Below, in pieces: positions 26,701 to 41,017 of a stretch of DNA of 64,000 nucleotides (its first letter is position 1; each line of letters starts with the position of its first letter). This DNA is from Octopus sinensis. Its lineage: Eukaryota. The translations under genes and the position numbers were made by a program. The stretch lies in the NCBI RefSeq assembly GCF_006345805.1, contig NC_043003.1, forward strand, positions 73,656,001-73,720,000, in the 5' to 3' direction. The notes below the pieces were generated by a model that saw only the letters and a list, made by a program, of their open reading frames with translations, was not told where the DNA came from and ran no database searches.

Positions 26701-29700
26701 CAGCTTCGATAAAATAAGCACGCGTTTTTTGGTGATTTTCGGGAAGCAATAAATTGGAAAAAAAGTTTCATTAGTCGAATAACAAGCCACATAATCTTTA
26801 TTCCAGTTGTTTATATTACAAGGACTATTCTGACCACCGAGGTTAACGCTGCTTTTTACCCTTCCACAGTCAATAAAATAACGTCCCAATTAAGTAATAA
26901 ATTCTGTTTTCAATTAACTTCCTCCCCTTAAATCTCAGGTCTTTCGTCTAAAGTGGAAGGTGTAGTTTTATAGTTATTGATTTTGTGGTTGCTTTCTTAG
27001 TTTTTGTCTATTGTAGTGCTGCATGATGTTTGTTTGCTTAAGTTTCCTTTCTCAACCGTTAGTTAGATTTGCTCAACCTTGTATGAAATATGAGGAGTAC
27101 TGCTTCAATGTTATGTATTTCCTCTCCCTCTCCCTCTCTCTCTCTTAATTGTTATTTCTGACATGGTAGCAAAAATTTCCTCTAATATTTGTGTGTGGCA
27201 GTGGGAGTTGATAACAGAGCTTGTAATTGGAAATATGAATATTTGTGTACTGGAAACGAAACAATTTCGCAAATAGCAACTACTGTCCTAAAATGAAAAC
27301 CAAAATCCATAGAGATATCTGTTGTAATCAAAGGAAGCAGCCAAAAAAAAAATTGTTGGAGAAATAACAAATGTACAGCTACACGTTGATTCCAACATGA
27401 TGGCTAAACAATGGAATTGGTACAGCTGTGCATACATAGAATTATTCATACAAAACCATTTTCTGAGGAATTGGCGAAGAAATACAATTATTTCTGAATG
27501 TATTTCCCTCAAGATAACTACAAAAGTTTGTTGGATATATTTTAAAAATATTCTTACATAATTCATACTACACATAATCGATCTCATGGAAGTTGCTGTT
27601 ACGTTTTAGTGTCAAATCAGATATGATCATGTAGTTGAACTATAACCTACACGCCTTTCCTTGGCGCCGCTTTCTTCCTCTATGTTGCCAGGGTGTGATT
27701 TGATGAGGCTTTGTCTCGGTCCCTGGTCAAATAACAAACTGAGTCTTCTTAGAGATGAAGCCATATGGAGAGAAATATTTGGACTGGTGCCAACAAATGA
27801 ACTGATATTGTGTTAACTGTGGACAAAAAAAGAAAACAAAACAAAAACAGATAAGGAAAGGAAAGCATGGATATCTTAACATTTATAAAATAAAACAATG
27901 ACGCTTTTCACCAAGGCTTGTTTATAAATATAGTTGTTTATTTTATTTGGATGTACTTTACAAAAATTAGATGTCAATATTTTCCATAGATACGAACGAA
28001 TGAGGTACAAAGCAGTACTCTGCTGTAGAATTCTTTGCCATAGTTTCATTCAATTTGATTTAAGCAAATGTGCTTGGCGCACTGCGTGTGGTATAAACAG
28101 TCAGGTATTGGTTTGCAGCGAGAAAATCACTCTATTTGACTTTTTCATCCTTGAAAGTGGTCTTCGATTTTTTTTCTTTTCGTAATAAAAACCTAATAAA
28201 AACCAGGGAAACGAAATTTTGGCGAGTGGTTTTCGAGTTTAGATTTGTAGAACCTTGCGTCATATTTTGCTTCGATAATCGAGGAGCAATATTCTTTCCA
28301 AGTTTCCTCATCCTTCTTCTTCTTCTTCTTCTTCTTCTTCTCCTCCTCCTGCTCCCCCTCCTTCTTCTTATCATTCTTCTTCTCCTCCTCCTGCTTCATC
28401 TTCTTTTTTGCTTTGTCAACCAATTTTCTTATTTATTTCTTTATTTTCTTTTGTTGCTAAGATATACCACTCCCACATTGATGCATGAAAGGTTAATGTC
28501 TTGAAATTTACTGAATAGATTCTTTAACACCAAGGAATTTGTAAACGGTATTTTGCAGAATTGAAAATGACAGTATACCGCAAATCCACTATCCAGCATG
28601 CAATTTCAACGTTTTCTCTCATCTAAATACTAGATGCAATGCTGTATTCTGCACTCCCATTACCATCAAGTTAACGACATTCACTTGCTAAATAAAGTAA
28701 CTCTGTTCCTTCTTCGACAAATCCATATATGTATATACATATATGCAATTACTTATATATACATACACGCATACATGTACTCATGCGCCCCCCCCCCACA
28801 TACATACACTAATTTTCTTTTCCCACCTTGATTTTGCTATTTTAGTGTTACAGTATTTTCTTTCTCAATTTTTCCAATTATGTACAGGAATGTGCATTTC
28901 ACTTTCCTTTACATTTATTATAATATCTGGTCAGTGTGCTGCAATTATGTTGCCAATTTGCATTGAAAACCCACCGGATATTGTGGTATTTATTTCTATT
29001 GACGTATTTTGGTTTACTTTTGCATTATTTTCATCAACGTTGAAACAAATTCAATACAATGCAAACCTCCAGTTTATCTACCTTCTATGTTTCCGCATCA
29101 AGATTTACATTTTCGTTTACTCAGCAATACATCTTAAATTCGTATGTATATTTAAAAAATATATGTATTTATCTGTTATTATACGGCTTCACAATGACAA
29201 GTAGGTCTATTCTACCTATTGCCAGAGAAACCAAGTTTTTCATCTCACACTTGTTGTTTACACAACAAAACTTGCTTTCTTTCATTTTTATTTTTAATTA
29301 TTCTTAATATTGCTGCTATTTCGAGAGATCCTTTTTGTATGCTTAATACTATATGCCTGTCTAAATCATTCCATTGTGAATTTCACTACAATTATGTGTC
29401 ACAGTTTTATTATATGTGTTACAGTTTCTACGTTCGGGTTACTTCTACTCCTAAATTTTGATTCTGTATTTTGATTTCTGCATTTAGTGTTACAGATATA
29501 TTGTCATTCTTTGATTCGATACACCAGTCAAGACATATTTTGATATATTTTCATTTATATAGGTTTCCGTAACAAGGAGTAAGCTTGATACAACAGAGAC
29601 TAATTTGATAACACATTACCATAGGTTGTGGTGATTCATCGATATATGTTAGCTGTCTTAAGTTCAGCCTGTGTCACTTCTGGTCTTCTCTATGTTCTGT

Positions 29701-30120
29701 GAACTATATAAATGCTCGTTCATCAGAATTATTTGAAATTGCATCTGAAACCGTTTTCTGCGGATCATCCCATTATTACTGTACGCAGATTTGTTGTTAT
29801 TGAACCACATATTCGGACATTTGATGTGTTGAATCATTTAGCTCTGAATGAGACACAAGGATACATTTTATATATTTGGACAAATTAATCGCTATACTGT
29901 TGGATATTTCAGAGAGCGAAACAATTTGTTAATTGTAGCCCACATTAAATTTGAAAAATATACAAAGTTGCGTGTTGGTACAAATACTGGTATAAGTATG
30001 CCAGTGAGTGTCTGTCACATGGGTGTGGTTAAGAGCTTCTTTATGTGGCCACGTGGATAAATATTTGATTGTTATTTTGAGCAGATTGGCTAACTTCCAT
30101 AAAGAAATAAAGAATAGCTT

Positions 30121-31335
30121 AAGGGCTGAAAAGTTTATAAACCCAAAATTCATAACCAAAATAAAGTTTCTATTGTCAATATAGTTTCCCTTGCCACCAC
30201 ACCTTTCTTTCATCGGTGTCGCAGTACTTGGTTCACATTAGTGCAAAAGCTTTCATCATGTTAGTAAAAGAAATCATCAACAGCAGATATGATGCTGTGT
30301 TTTTTTCGTTTCGGGAAACAGATGTAAGTCAGATGTCGCCAATCAGCTGTACAGGTGTGCTGATCAAACAGTTCAATGCCGCAGTCCGTACAGCGGCTAT
30401 TGAAAGCAAATACTTGTTTGTTGGAGCATCCTCCGTATAAACTAAGACACCTTTTTTCGGGTTTCCAGGGCGTTTGGTGCTGATAGACTTTCGTAAATGC
30501 CTCAGCCATTTAGCATAATACTCTCTTTTGAAGGTGTGGCACTTTTGAAGATAGACAACTAACACTATGTCTTTTCATCTTCCAAAACTGAGGCCATCAC
30601 TTTCCCTACAGTTGAATTTGACCTTGCTTGGAGCATGTGAGTAGGTGTGTTTCCATTACATGGATTGTAACTTTGTCTGTGGCTGAAAGTGATGAGACTT
30701 ATACACAGGAAGCGTTCAAGAAAAGCAACTGAATATATCTCATTGTCAGATTTTCCCATGATATGATCGAACTAGGCATCAGATAAGGCATCAGAAGATG
30801 TTGCACCCTCCTTTGTCATGACGAGTTCAATGTGCAGAAAATGCTCAACTCTCTCACGAGATATGCTAATAACGTTGGCTGTTTGATTTATAGTCAATCG
30901 TATGCCAGCCACCACTATGTACTGAACACAATCAGTGTTTACCTTGGTGGTGGCACTTGAAGAGAATCTAAGCTTTAGATCATCTTCATGATGAAATATC
31001 CTCCCTCACCTAAATTCAGCAATCAGCTTTTGCACTGTTGATAAACTGGAGTATCATCCGTTAAAGTAGCAACCATGTCAGTATGAATGTCAGTGGGCAT
31101 AAAACACTCTATCTCAAGGTATTAATAACACCAAGATGCCAAATTTTCACGATTTTCAAAAGAAGTGGCCAGTAGTTCTTTTTGAAGTCTCCTTTAAAAA
31201 GTCATATGTCAGTTTACCCGAGAAAGAAAGCAAAAACAAAAAACAATTCGGTTATTAATAAGAATGGTTGAAATTAATGCGTGCACATTTCACAGATCTA
31301 ACATCACTTTTTTATAGTCAGCCCACTTTCATCCT
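30121..31335 (-). mobile_element. Decayed mariner element, near full length
   Basis: Minus strand has PTDIHTDMVATL (N-terminal HTH), GKVMASV, YYAKWLRHLRKSISTKRPG..KGVL and CGIELFDQH. Degenerate TIR traces gggctgaaaagttt (30123) and gtcagccc (31317). Confidence 0.82.
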
Positions 31336-31839
31336 AGGAGCTTTGCATGTACTATTAGTTAAAGATATGAAGAAAACAAATTGTCAACATTATTCTTTAT
31401 CTTATGATACTCAGCCCTTTTTGAAAATATAACTTACGTATTTGTTGTGCCTCGTTTCTTACATCATACGAAGGGATTGTTCTGCATTTGATGAGTTTCA
31501 AACATCCTGCCACAGATGTCCTGCCAACACTGTATACTACGCCTTTTTCCAAGACATAAAATCCTTCTCCTTTCACTATAGATACACATTTTAAATTTAT
31601 ATTTTCAGATGCGCACATTTATTTCTATCACTTATACGCTTAAGTACATATACGCACATGCGAAAACATACAATAAGTGTATGCGTTCCATTTTTTATTT
31701 ACACAGGTACATAAGCGTAAAAGCATTAAAAGATTTCTTACAATACACCAAGCGACATAAACATCATAGATACAGCTACACAAGCACATATATATGCTTA
31801 TATATATCTATATGCATACATACACACACACACGCGCGC

Positions 31840-31918
<79 letters not shown>

Positions 31919-32563
31919 GTATGTATGTATATGTATACAGCACGATGTCTGAATGAGGAAAACGTAAATAAATTTGTTAAAAGCTATCCGCAAGGGTTAA
32001 AGTATAGGAAGGGGAAAAAAAGAAAACATTTATATTATCCATGTGCGGAAGAAAAGAAAATGAACATATGAGTCCTGGATGTGTGCATCAGTAAGAAACT
32101 TATACGAAATCATGTTACTTTAGATATTTTTCTGAGATACGATGCTGTGTTGATGTGTGCAAAGCTGAACGTATTACCGTAAGATTGATGAGTTCCGAGA
32201 GTAAGTATTTTCCCTGACGCGTGATGTTAGACACAAACATGTTTAACAAAATTAACTGAAAGTTTGTTCGTTGGGTTGTATTTGTGAAACCACTTTTAAA
32301 GAAAATGAAATAATAGATTAAAAACAAGTAATAATATGGCAGACCCTAATCACTGACTGATTTGCGAAAACATAAATTAATGTTCCTTAACGTGCAGGAC
32401 AGATATCACATCATAGTATACTGTTTAGAAAGCAGAATATGGTGTAATTATATATCATGACACAGACCCTACATTATTTAATATATCTCCACCAACACAA
32501 ATTATTTTTCAATAACTCAGTAGAATTTTGGGTATATTTGTTTACACAATATTCAGTATTTCT

Positions 32564-33180
32564 AAGGCGGCAAGCTGGCAGAATCGTTAGCACGCCGGGC
32601 GAAATGCTTAGCAGTATTTCGTGTGACGCTACGTTCTGAGTTCAAATTCCGCCGAGGTTGACTTTGCTTTTAATCCTTTCGGGGTTGATTAAATGAGTAC
32701 CAGTTACGCACTGAGGTCGAAATAATCGACTTAATCCGTTTGTCTGTCCTTCTTTGCTCCCTCTGTGTTTAGCCACTTCTGGGTAGTAAAGAAATAGGAA
32801 TAGGTATTTCGTCTGCCATTATGTTCTGAGTTCAAATTCCGCCGAGATCAACTTAGCCTTTCATCCTTTCAGGGTAGATAAATTAAGTACCAGTTACGTA
32901 CTGGGGTCGATGCAATCGACTTAATCCCTTTGGCTATTCTTGTTTGTCCCTTCTATGTTTAGCCCCTTGTGAGCAATAAAGAAATAAGAATCATTAGCAC
33001 CTCGGGCGACAATGCTTAGCGGTATTCCGTCTGCCTTTACATTCTGAGTGCTAATTCCTCCGAGGTTCACTTTACCTTTCATCCTATCGGGGTCGATAGA
33101 TTAAGTATCTTTTGCGTACTAGAGTTGATCTAATCGACTGGACCCCTCCCCCAACATTTCGAATAGAAAATAACATTCAT
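32564..33180 (+). mobile_element. Three head-to-tail SINE family 1 units (32564-32798 full; 32799-32988 and 32989-33180 5'-truncated)
   Basis: Repeated core gttctgagttcaaattccgccgag..cctttcatcctttcggggtcgata..aagtaccag. B-box-like GTTCAAATTCC indicates a tRNA-derived head. Confidence 0.92.
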
Positions 33181-33250
33181 TATTTCTGTTGCCATTTCCT
33201 CTAGCAGAGTGTTAGTTACTCAGGAATCTAGTAATGATTTAAATATGAGC

Positions 33251-33470
33251 AAGGCGGCGAGTTGGCAAAATCGTTAGCATACCGGGTGAAATGCTTAGCT
33301 GCATTTTATTCGTCTGCACGTTCTGAGCCCATATTCCGCCGAAGATGACTCTGCCCTTCATCCTTTCAGGGTCGATAAAATAAGTACCAGTTGAATCCTG
33401 GGATTGAGCCAATCGAGTTACCCCCCGCTCTCGAAATTACTGACCTTGTGCCAAGAAAGTAAAATTAATA
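33251..33470 (+). mobile_element. Fourth SINE family 1 copy
   Basis: aaggcggcgagttggcaaaatcgttagc...catcctttcagggtcgataaaataagtaccag...gaaattactgaccttgtgcc. Confidence 0.9.
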
Positions 33471-35020
33471 TTTTAAGATTGGGTAACGAACCTCTTTTTC
33501 TATTGTATTTATTCTGTACTTCTGCAAGATTTTATAGCCAAAGCATGTATTACAGTATGCGAAAGCGATTCGCACCTTCCTATCATTCTCTCGTCCCAAT
33601 CAGTTGTCTCACCAGTTCGCGATTTGTAATGTTAGTCTGTTTTCCACAGAAACTTTTCTCACAAGCCGCATAAATTTGATTCTATATCTGTATCACATTA
33701 ATAATATTTTAACTAGACTGTCACTCGCTCCCTCTTTACACACATATGCACATGCACACTTTATTTTCTCTCTATTAAATTATACAAGTTTCCATTCTTG
33801 TCTCATATCTACTAATTCCTCTTAAATCCCTGTCTCCCTATTTTACCCACGAATTTGATACTTCCATATTAAGTGAAACTTTTTCCTTCTTCGAAACACC
33901 TTACATTAATTTTTCATTTGCTTACTCCACTTTTCTTCAACCATTTAAATTGACGTCATCGCATATACTTTGAAGTTAATCTATTTCATGCAGTTCTCTT
34001 ATGTATTTTACGCATTTCTCCTAATTTAAAAGTTACTAACCGATCTATCTAAAACATGCATAACTAATACACTTTAATGAATTTACACTATAGTTTAAGA
34101 TGGCACCAGTAATATAAAAAAAAGAAAAAAGAAAGCTATATCACATTTCTTTCAATTACATATTACCCTCCACACCACATCGTGTTTTGATTTTCTATGC
34201 AATTTCCATAAATGTAACACTTATGATATCCTTTAGAACTAAGTACTTTAGAACAAACCAAATGTTTTGATTGTTTCTTTCCACTGCTATCATCTCAACT
34301 TGATAGAATCGGTAGATCACATAATAAAATATCTTGTTCCATCTCATTACGTTATATGTTCCAATCTGTCTTGGTTAAGACACCATTTCAGTGATGTCAA
34401 ATAAGTAGCAGTCAATTAATAATGTTTATTAATAATGTCAAAGTGACATTTCTCTTCAGCGCGGTAACATTGGGTTAGGAGGATTTAGAATATATTTTGT
34501 GTCTTCTTATTTTTATTGAAGAGAGTCGGTGAGGTGTGGCAAAAAGATAGAACATAATGAAATATATTATTTCCTTTTTCTTTCCTTAGATTTCATTACT
34601 CTCAGGTTTGTTCAGAGATGAAGTTTACTAACCATTCATGGCAACTGTTATGATTAAGATTCCTGACATGTGAAGACTACGAAGATATGCCAAACCATTT
34701 TCAAATTTCTATTTAATAATTCCGGTGAAATATTATTTCTTCAAAAAAAAAAAAACAAAAACAAACAAGCGATGCGAATGACATGTAAACGCCGTAGAAA
34801 AGCATTACAAATGTACACAATATTACCAGAATATATTTATGTTCCACTCGTATTAACAACAAAATATATTTAAATTTTTGTCTCCTTTGCAGATATTTTA
34901 AAGTAGTTTGAAAATCATGAACAACTCTTGGAAAACTTCGTTGTGAATCATTTGTCAAACAATATGAAAAATATATTTTGATAGCATATGGCCAAGCTAT
35001 ATAGTAGAGGACCTTATTAA

Positions 35021-35240
35021 ATGGTGGCGATCTAGCAGAATCGTTAGCACACCAGGTGAACTGCTTAACGGCATTTCTTCCGTATTCACGTTCTCAGGTC
35101 AAATTCCGTCAGGATCGACTTTGCCTTTCATCCTATCCGCGTTGTTGAAGTAAATGCCCGTCGAGTCCTGGGGTCTTTCTAATCGACTTATACCATCCCT
35201 TGAAATTGCTGGCCGTGTTCCAAAATTTTAAGTCAATATA
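35021..35240 (+). mobile_element. SINE family 1, decayed full-length
   Basis: atggtggcgatctagcagaatcgttagcac...gactttgcctttcatcc...gaaattgctggccgtg. Confidence 0.88.
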
Positions 35241-36494
35241 TTTAAGTTGATTTTCATGATCAGGAGTCTAACTCTCAAAAATTCGCCTCTCAAAAAATTC
35301 GAAATGTATTTGAAACAAAATTTACTCGTTAGAAATATTTCTCTCACTTAGATATAAATTGTAACAAGCATTGAATTCTTGCAGGTGATATATTTTCCTC
35401 ATTTGCAGTTGTTTTACATCACAGGAATATGATTTTTCGTACGAAAGCAGTAAAATGTCTCCACATGGCGAAGAACGAAATCGCATTATAAGCTAGTTGC
35501 ATACAGTGCATGTGTGTTTCATTAAAACAATATAGGATACATGTGGGCAGTGTGGAGAAAAAATTCCCATTAATTTTAACACATTGCATATCTGGAGGTA
35601 AAGCATTGTATATTGGATTGTGTAGTGTATATGTTAAAAAAGCCGTAAAATTGACAGGTGTGAATCATTGTACATATTGACAGGTCAAACGTTAATTCCA
35701 CTTCCAACACACACACACAAATACACAAATTTTTCATCAGCAAAAAAGGTAGATTGATTATATTTTAGAACGGACCTGTTGAATACTGTAGCGACTAAGT
35801 AGCTACAAATTCTTATATAATAGAGCTTAATTGCAATTGGGATATATTAGACCCCCCATGCCTGCTCGTTTAAATGAAGATTTAGTCAAGCAACTTGATT
35901 AAGTAATATATATTTTAGAAATTCAGTCTATCCAAAACTAGCATGTTTCGGGCGTCTTCTGAAAAGTGAAATACAAGCAAGGTTATGTAATCTTAAGTGC
36001 AATCAGAGAAACCTATAAAGAATAGGGATATCAATTTCATCATGTATTCAAATATGGCCTCACGAAATTAGAGTTTTAATGTTTTCTAAGAACATCAATC
36101 AATGAATACATAGAATGCTACACTTCTTCGTGTTGCAAATATATATATATATATATGGCAAATGAAAGACGGAAGACGGAATATATTTAAATATATATGC
36201 GTGTGAGGGTGCATATATATATATGTTGGCGAGGTATATGCAGCTAATGAAGACAAATTAAATATACGTTGCCAAACGTATTTTGAAGAGTCTGAAACCG
36301 GTATTGCATTATCCGTTTCTAGGTTTTTCATTTTCAGATGTTCTTCCTAGAGGTAAGACAATTTTTTTCATGTTTGTTGCACACACGCATCTTTACTAGT
36401 ACATACGCAGTGAAGCTATACATTAGCGTCGTATTTATTACGTTCGCTACTTTCCAGTAAATATCGGTGCTTCGTTGTGCCATTTATTTACTTT

Positions 36495-36552
<58 letters not shown>

Positions 36553-37149
36553 TGATAAATCTCAGAGAGAGTCATTCCGTAACAATTCTTTAGAATAAAG
36601 GCTATTTTCCAGCATAATGTGGCTATTATATTATATTATAACATATCATTTTGTTTCACATATACTATATATTATTCACGATAAGCAGAGTTGAAAAATC
36701 TACAGTTTTTAAAACGAGTTCAAATATGTTCCTATTATATTTGTCCTGTAAAAATACTATTTTCGCTTCGGGTTGCTATGCGAAATTTCTCGCTTAGTCA
36801 ATATATGTCTGAGCACCATCAGATATTTGGAGACGCATTCTGGTAGATTGATGAATTTATTCCTTGATGGCTATCTATAATCAGTCCTAGGAACCACTCA
36901 AGTAAGATAAAACTGAGATGATATTGAAAGCTACAGTTTCCTATAAATAAAAGGACTATAAATAAAAGGTATTTACCAACTACTTGTGATAAGCCGTCAG
37001 GTTCGACTTAATTATGTATTATACACATTGAGCAGTATTCTGAAATCACCATTATCTTTTCATCTGGTCGAGATTGCTGAGAAGTTTAAAACTCACCGAT
37101 GTCTTGGGGAAGACGTTCAGTGTCTTTGCTGAATTGATCTACGTATGTT

Positions 37150-37600
37150 GTGTACTGATGATCTGCTCCGATGATCTGATCAGTATTATTGTTCGCTGAT
37201 ATTTTAAAGGCTATTGATTCCATCCGTCGTGGTAAATTGGAAAAAATACTATAGGCTAATGGTATTCCTGGGGAAACAACAGCAGTAGTTATGATGCTCT
37301 ATAACGTCACCCAATCAATGGTGAAGTCTCCAAACGATGTAACAAATTTCTTTGACGTCAAATCCAGAATTCTCAAAGGCAACGCACCGGCACTTTTTAT
37401 ATTTGTGATCAATCTGAATTATGTTCACAGAATATCACTTGACAATCTAAGCAATCTCTTCTTCAGATTCGTGAAAAGATATCGGTCCCCGAAAAAATGA
37501 GTAATGTAGAATATGTTGATGATTTAGCCTTGATCTCTGACACAATAACAAACTCCACCAAATACTTCGTAGTCTAGAACGGCTGCATATTATCTTGAAC
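37150..37600 (+). mobile_element. RTE-clade LINE RT fragment, decayed
   Basis: FADILKAIDSIRRGKLEKIL*ANGIPGETTAVVMMLYNVTQSMVKSP..FFDVKSRILKG..gatgat (DD) matches RTE RT domains 3-5. Confidence 0.85.
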
Positions 37601-38238
37601 TACTTGTTCTGAAATCAGGTAACGTATCTAGTTGTCATATGTGACTTGTAAGGAGAGACTTTTAATTTGCGGCTAGTCATGAAGGACATTCTCGATTTAT
37701 GCAATAACGTGTCAAAACACCATTAGGCACTACGCAGTTCCTCTTGCGATATCGATAAATGCATTTGTAGCTATTTGGCTATCATCAATCTGGGGTGCTG
37801 ATGAATTCTAAACGATCTTTTACAGATCAAATATGGAAAAGATAAATGCATTTGAACTGATTTAATAATTTGTTTCTATGAGAAGCCTGCTGAACACGCA
37901 AAATATTTATTTGAACCTGGCGGCGGATCGCACTCATTCAGTAATGAGTGCTAAACGTTGTTCTATTTAGGAATTTATATCTACAGTCATTTCTGTGTTC
38001 ACGTTTTATACAAACCTCGGCAGGGAAGGTAGTCAAATACTAACAAATGAGTTTATCTGTCTACCAGAAGATGAACCTGGATGACTGCCGATGGTTTGAC
38101 AATTGTCACCAAGGCCTAGAATTTTCACCGAAGCTAACTGTAGTGGATATAATATTTTTACTCAACAAATATTTTTGGACTAACTTATATACATACATAC
38201 ATATATACGTATACACACACACACACAAACACCCAGAC

Positions 38239-38277
<39 letters not shown>

Positions 38278-38584
38278 GTAATATAATAAGAGTAAATAAT
38301 ATCTTTAATGGTTTTAAAAAAAACAACAATTATTTACTGGTAGCTTTCGGCATGTAAATATAACTATTAACGGTAGGAACGTCTATAAAGTTCAGTATAT
38401 ATATATTGTATATAAATAAAAGAGGCAGGCAACAGGTTGCTTAGCCGCATACCGAAAAAATTAGAAATAGCAGTCAGAGATTGTTTATTTCTATTTTCTA
38501 GAAATGGGACTTCACATACGACATATCCCTGTAATTCAAATATGCAAGACAGAAGGAACAAATAACGAAAACAAAGTCTAACAA

Positions 38585-38679
<95 letters not shown>

Positions 38680-38951
38680 TGTGTGTGTGTAAAGAGAGAT
38701 AGATAGATAAACCGATATACATATATATGCATATACGTATCTATATATTTGGCAATTTGTGTTTACTTTCTATACCTACACCACACAAAGTACCCACCCT
38801 TGAATTGCACCTATGGCTTAGATTGTAGTTGGTACTTGCATATCTACGATATCCTACCAACACTTGGTATATTTAATGTTGTTTATTTCAATATGAGCTT
38901 TGGCGTCTTATGAGTTTATATGCCTTGATTTCTTCGATCCAGGTAATAAAG

Positions 38952-39035
<84 letters not shown>

Positions 39036-39313
39036 AGGTTTGGAGATGATGTACAGGTATTATATATTAGAAGACATGGGGTACTCAGAAATCTGGATGG
39101 TTTTATATTTACAGATATTTATTAGTATGTTACGCTTTCGTCCACTCTAGTAGAGTTGTCAAATTGAACTTTTGCAGGAATTTTGTCTCTTTTTATAGTA
39201 TTATTGGGCTGGGGAGAGATATAAAATAGTATAAGAGGGTGAGGAATCGGCAGAATGTGAGAGAGAGGGAGAGTGTTTGTGTGTTTTTTTTTGTATCTGA
39301 AAGAGTGTTTAAG

Positions 39314-39344
<31 letters not shown>

Positions 39345-39819
39345 TATCTGTGTATAGAGAGAAAGGAAGATAGACAGACGGATAGATAGATAGATAAATA
39401 GATAGATAGAAATAATATACAAAGAGATTTGGACAGCTGATGTAATATAATAGATATGTTCTATAAGTGCACATTTTGGTTTATCACTAAAACTTAATCT
39501 GGAACTGCATTTGAAAATTGTGGTGTTGGCACTGCCTATAGAAGGCAACTAGAAGTGACTTCTTCTTGACCGAATGAATACGGATTAAAATAAAAACAAA
39601 TCGGAAAGCCAAATATTTGGATTCACTCAGAAAAACATTTAATTTAGATAGAAAATATAAACAGTCAGAGTCTCTTACCACTGTTTCGAGAATACCTAAG
39701 CATTTGGACCGCGACACTGTATGTGGAATTTCTTAAGCTAAATATACTGTCTTTGGAGAGAGAGAAGTCATAAAATTATAACAATGAAGAAATATCTGCT
39801 ATCAATGGTATTAATACTT

Positions 39820-40300
39820 TCCTCTTTGTCCGAAGTGAGGAAGGATAAGAGCGAAATCGATATGGTACTTAGAGTGACGTGGGAAGTTAGAGTCTATTAT
39901 TTGAAAAAATGTTTCGGCTAAGCCCTTAACGTTTAAGGCAAATGGGGTGTAAACCAGAAAGTCGGTATGCCGTTCCAAGGGTTAATATTTGATAATAAAC
40001 CATGGCAAAGGATAATTGAAGTTACCAGTTTCATTTTTGAATAGAATGTGAGTTAGAATTGAGTAGGAATAATTTGCTAACGTTTGAAGGAAAGATGTAG
40101 ATGCAGCTGAGTAGATATGCAATTGTCAGCGCATGTTTGTCTAAAGTGTTTAGGGGATGTATACACATAGAGAGAAGAAAAGTAGCAGATGTCTGATATT
40201 TTCATCCTATTGCTGACCACCAGTGTTTGCCGTAGACTTTAGATGTCAAGGGTAGGAGAGAAGGGGTTAGGATGGTTATAAAGACGTCAAATTACTTGAG
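39820..40300 (-). mobile_element. Penelope-like element remnant (RT thumb/linker region)
   Basis: With one frameshift, the minus strand of 39850-39965 reads FWFTP/PFALNVKGLAETFFQIIDSNFPRHSKYH, matching the WFNPP..NV..N....F..LID.HFP motif. Boundaries are approximate. Confidence 0.6.
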
Positions 40301-40981
40301 CGTGATAGACTAGAGGTGAAGGGAGTTTTAGGACTCACCTGGTTATAATAGTACTAGAAATATTAGAATATTGAGTGAAATAATATTAAATGATATTTGT
40401 AGTGTAAATGAAAGTTTATGGTCGTTGGGAACATGAAAAAAGTAATAAAAATTTAGAAATGATAAACAAAAAATAAAAGATATTTTAAGTAAATTCTAGT
40501 AGAATGAAAGTTCTATAATTTCAAAATGTATTTCTATAACACCTCGTGATTAACACTGCTTGAACAGTATTCTTTCTGTGGCCAACGTTTTCGTGGAATA
40601 GTTTTTGTATCTAAGATATTGGTTCCATCACCACAATCACAAATATGTTGCTGATGTTGTAATAGTCGTTCTTCGAGTGATTTCAAAGAAATATTCATTG
40701 CCAACCATTATGTGATTCATGTTCTGTAAAAGAAAACTCGTTTTACAAAACTTTTTTTAATGCTATTTTCATTTTCAAATATGTCATCCAAATAAATGCT
40801 AATGGACAGAAAAAAGAATATCTTTAATATTAGAGTCGGCCAGAGCACATACTCATACAAAACCTCTATTTCTCAATATTTTCTAAACTGTTGGTCTGTG
40901 GAGTTGAAAACAAATGTACCAATGAGCACTGTATATTACAGGTCAGAAAGTCAGAGGAGATGTACATATTTAGTGATGTAA

Positions 40982-41017
<36 letters not shown>

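Noticed and set aside
32564-33470. Repeat-spacer appearance suggesting a CRISPR array
   Set aside because: Units are 190-235-bp SINE copies with no unique spacers and no cas genes, in a eukaryotic context.
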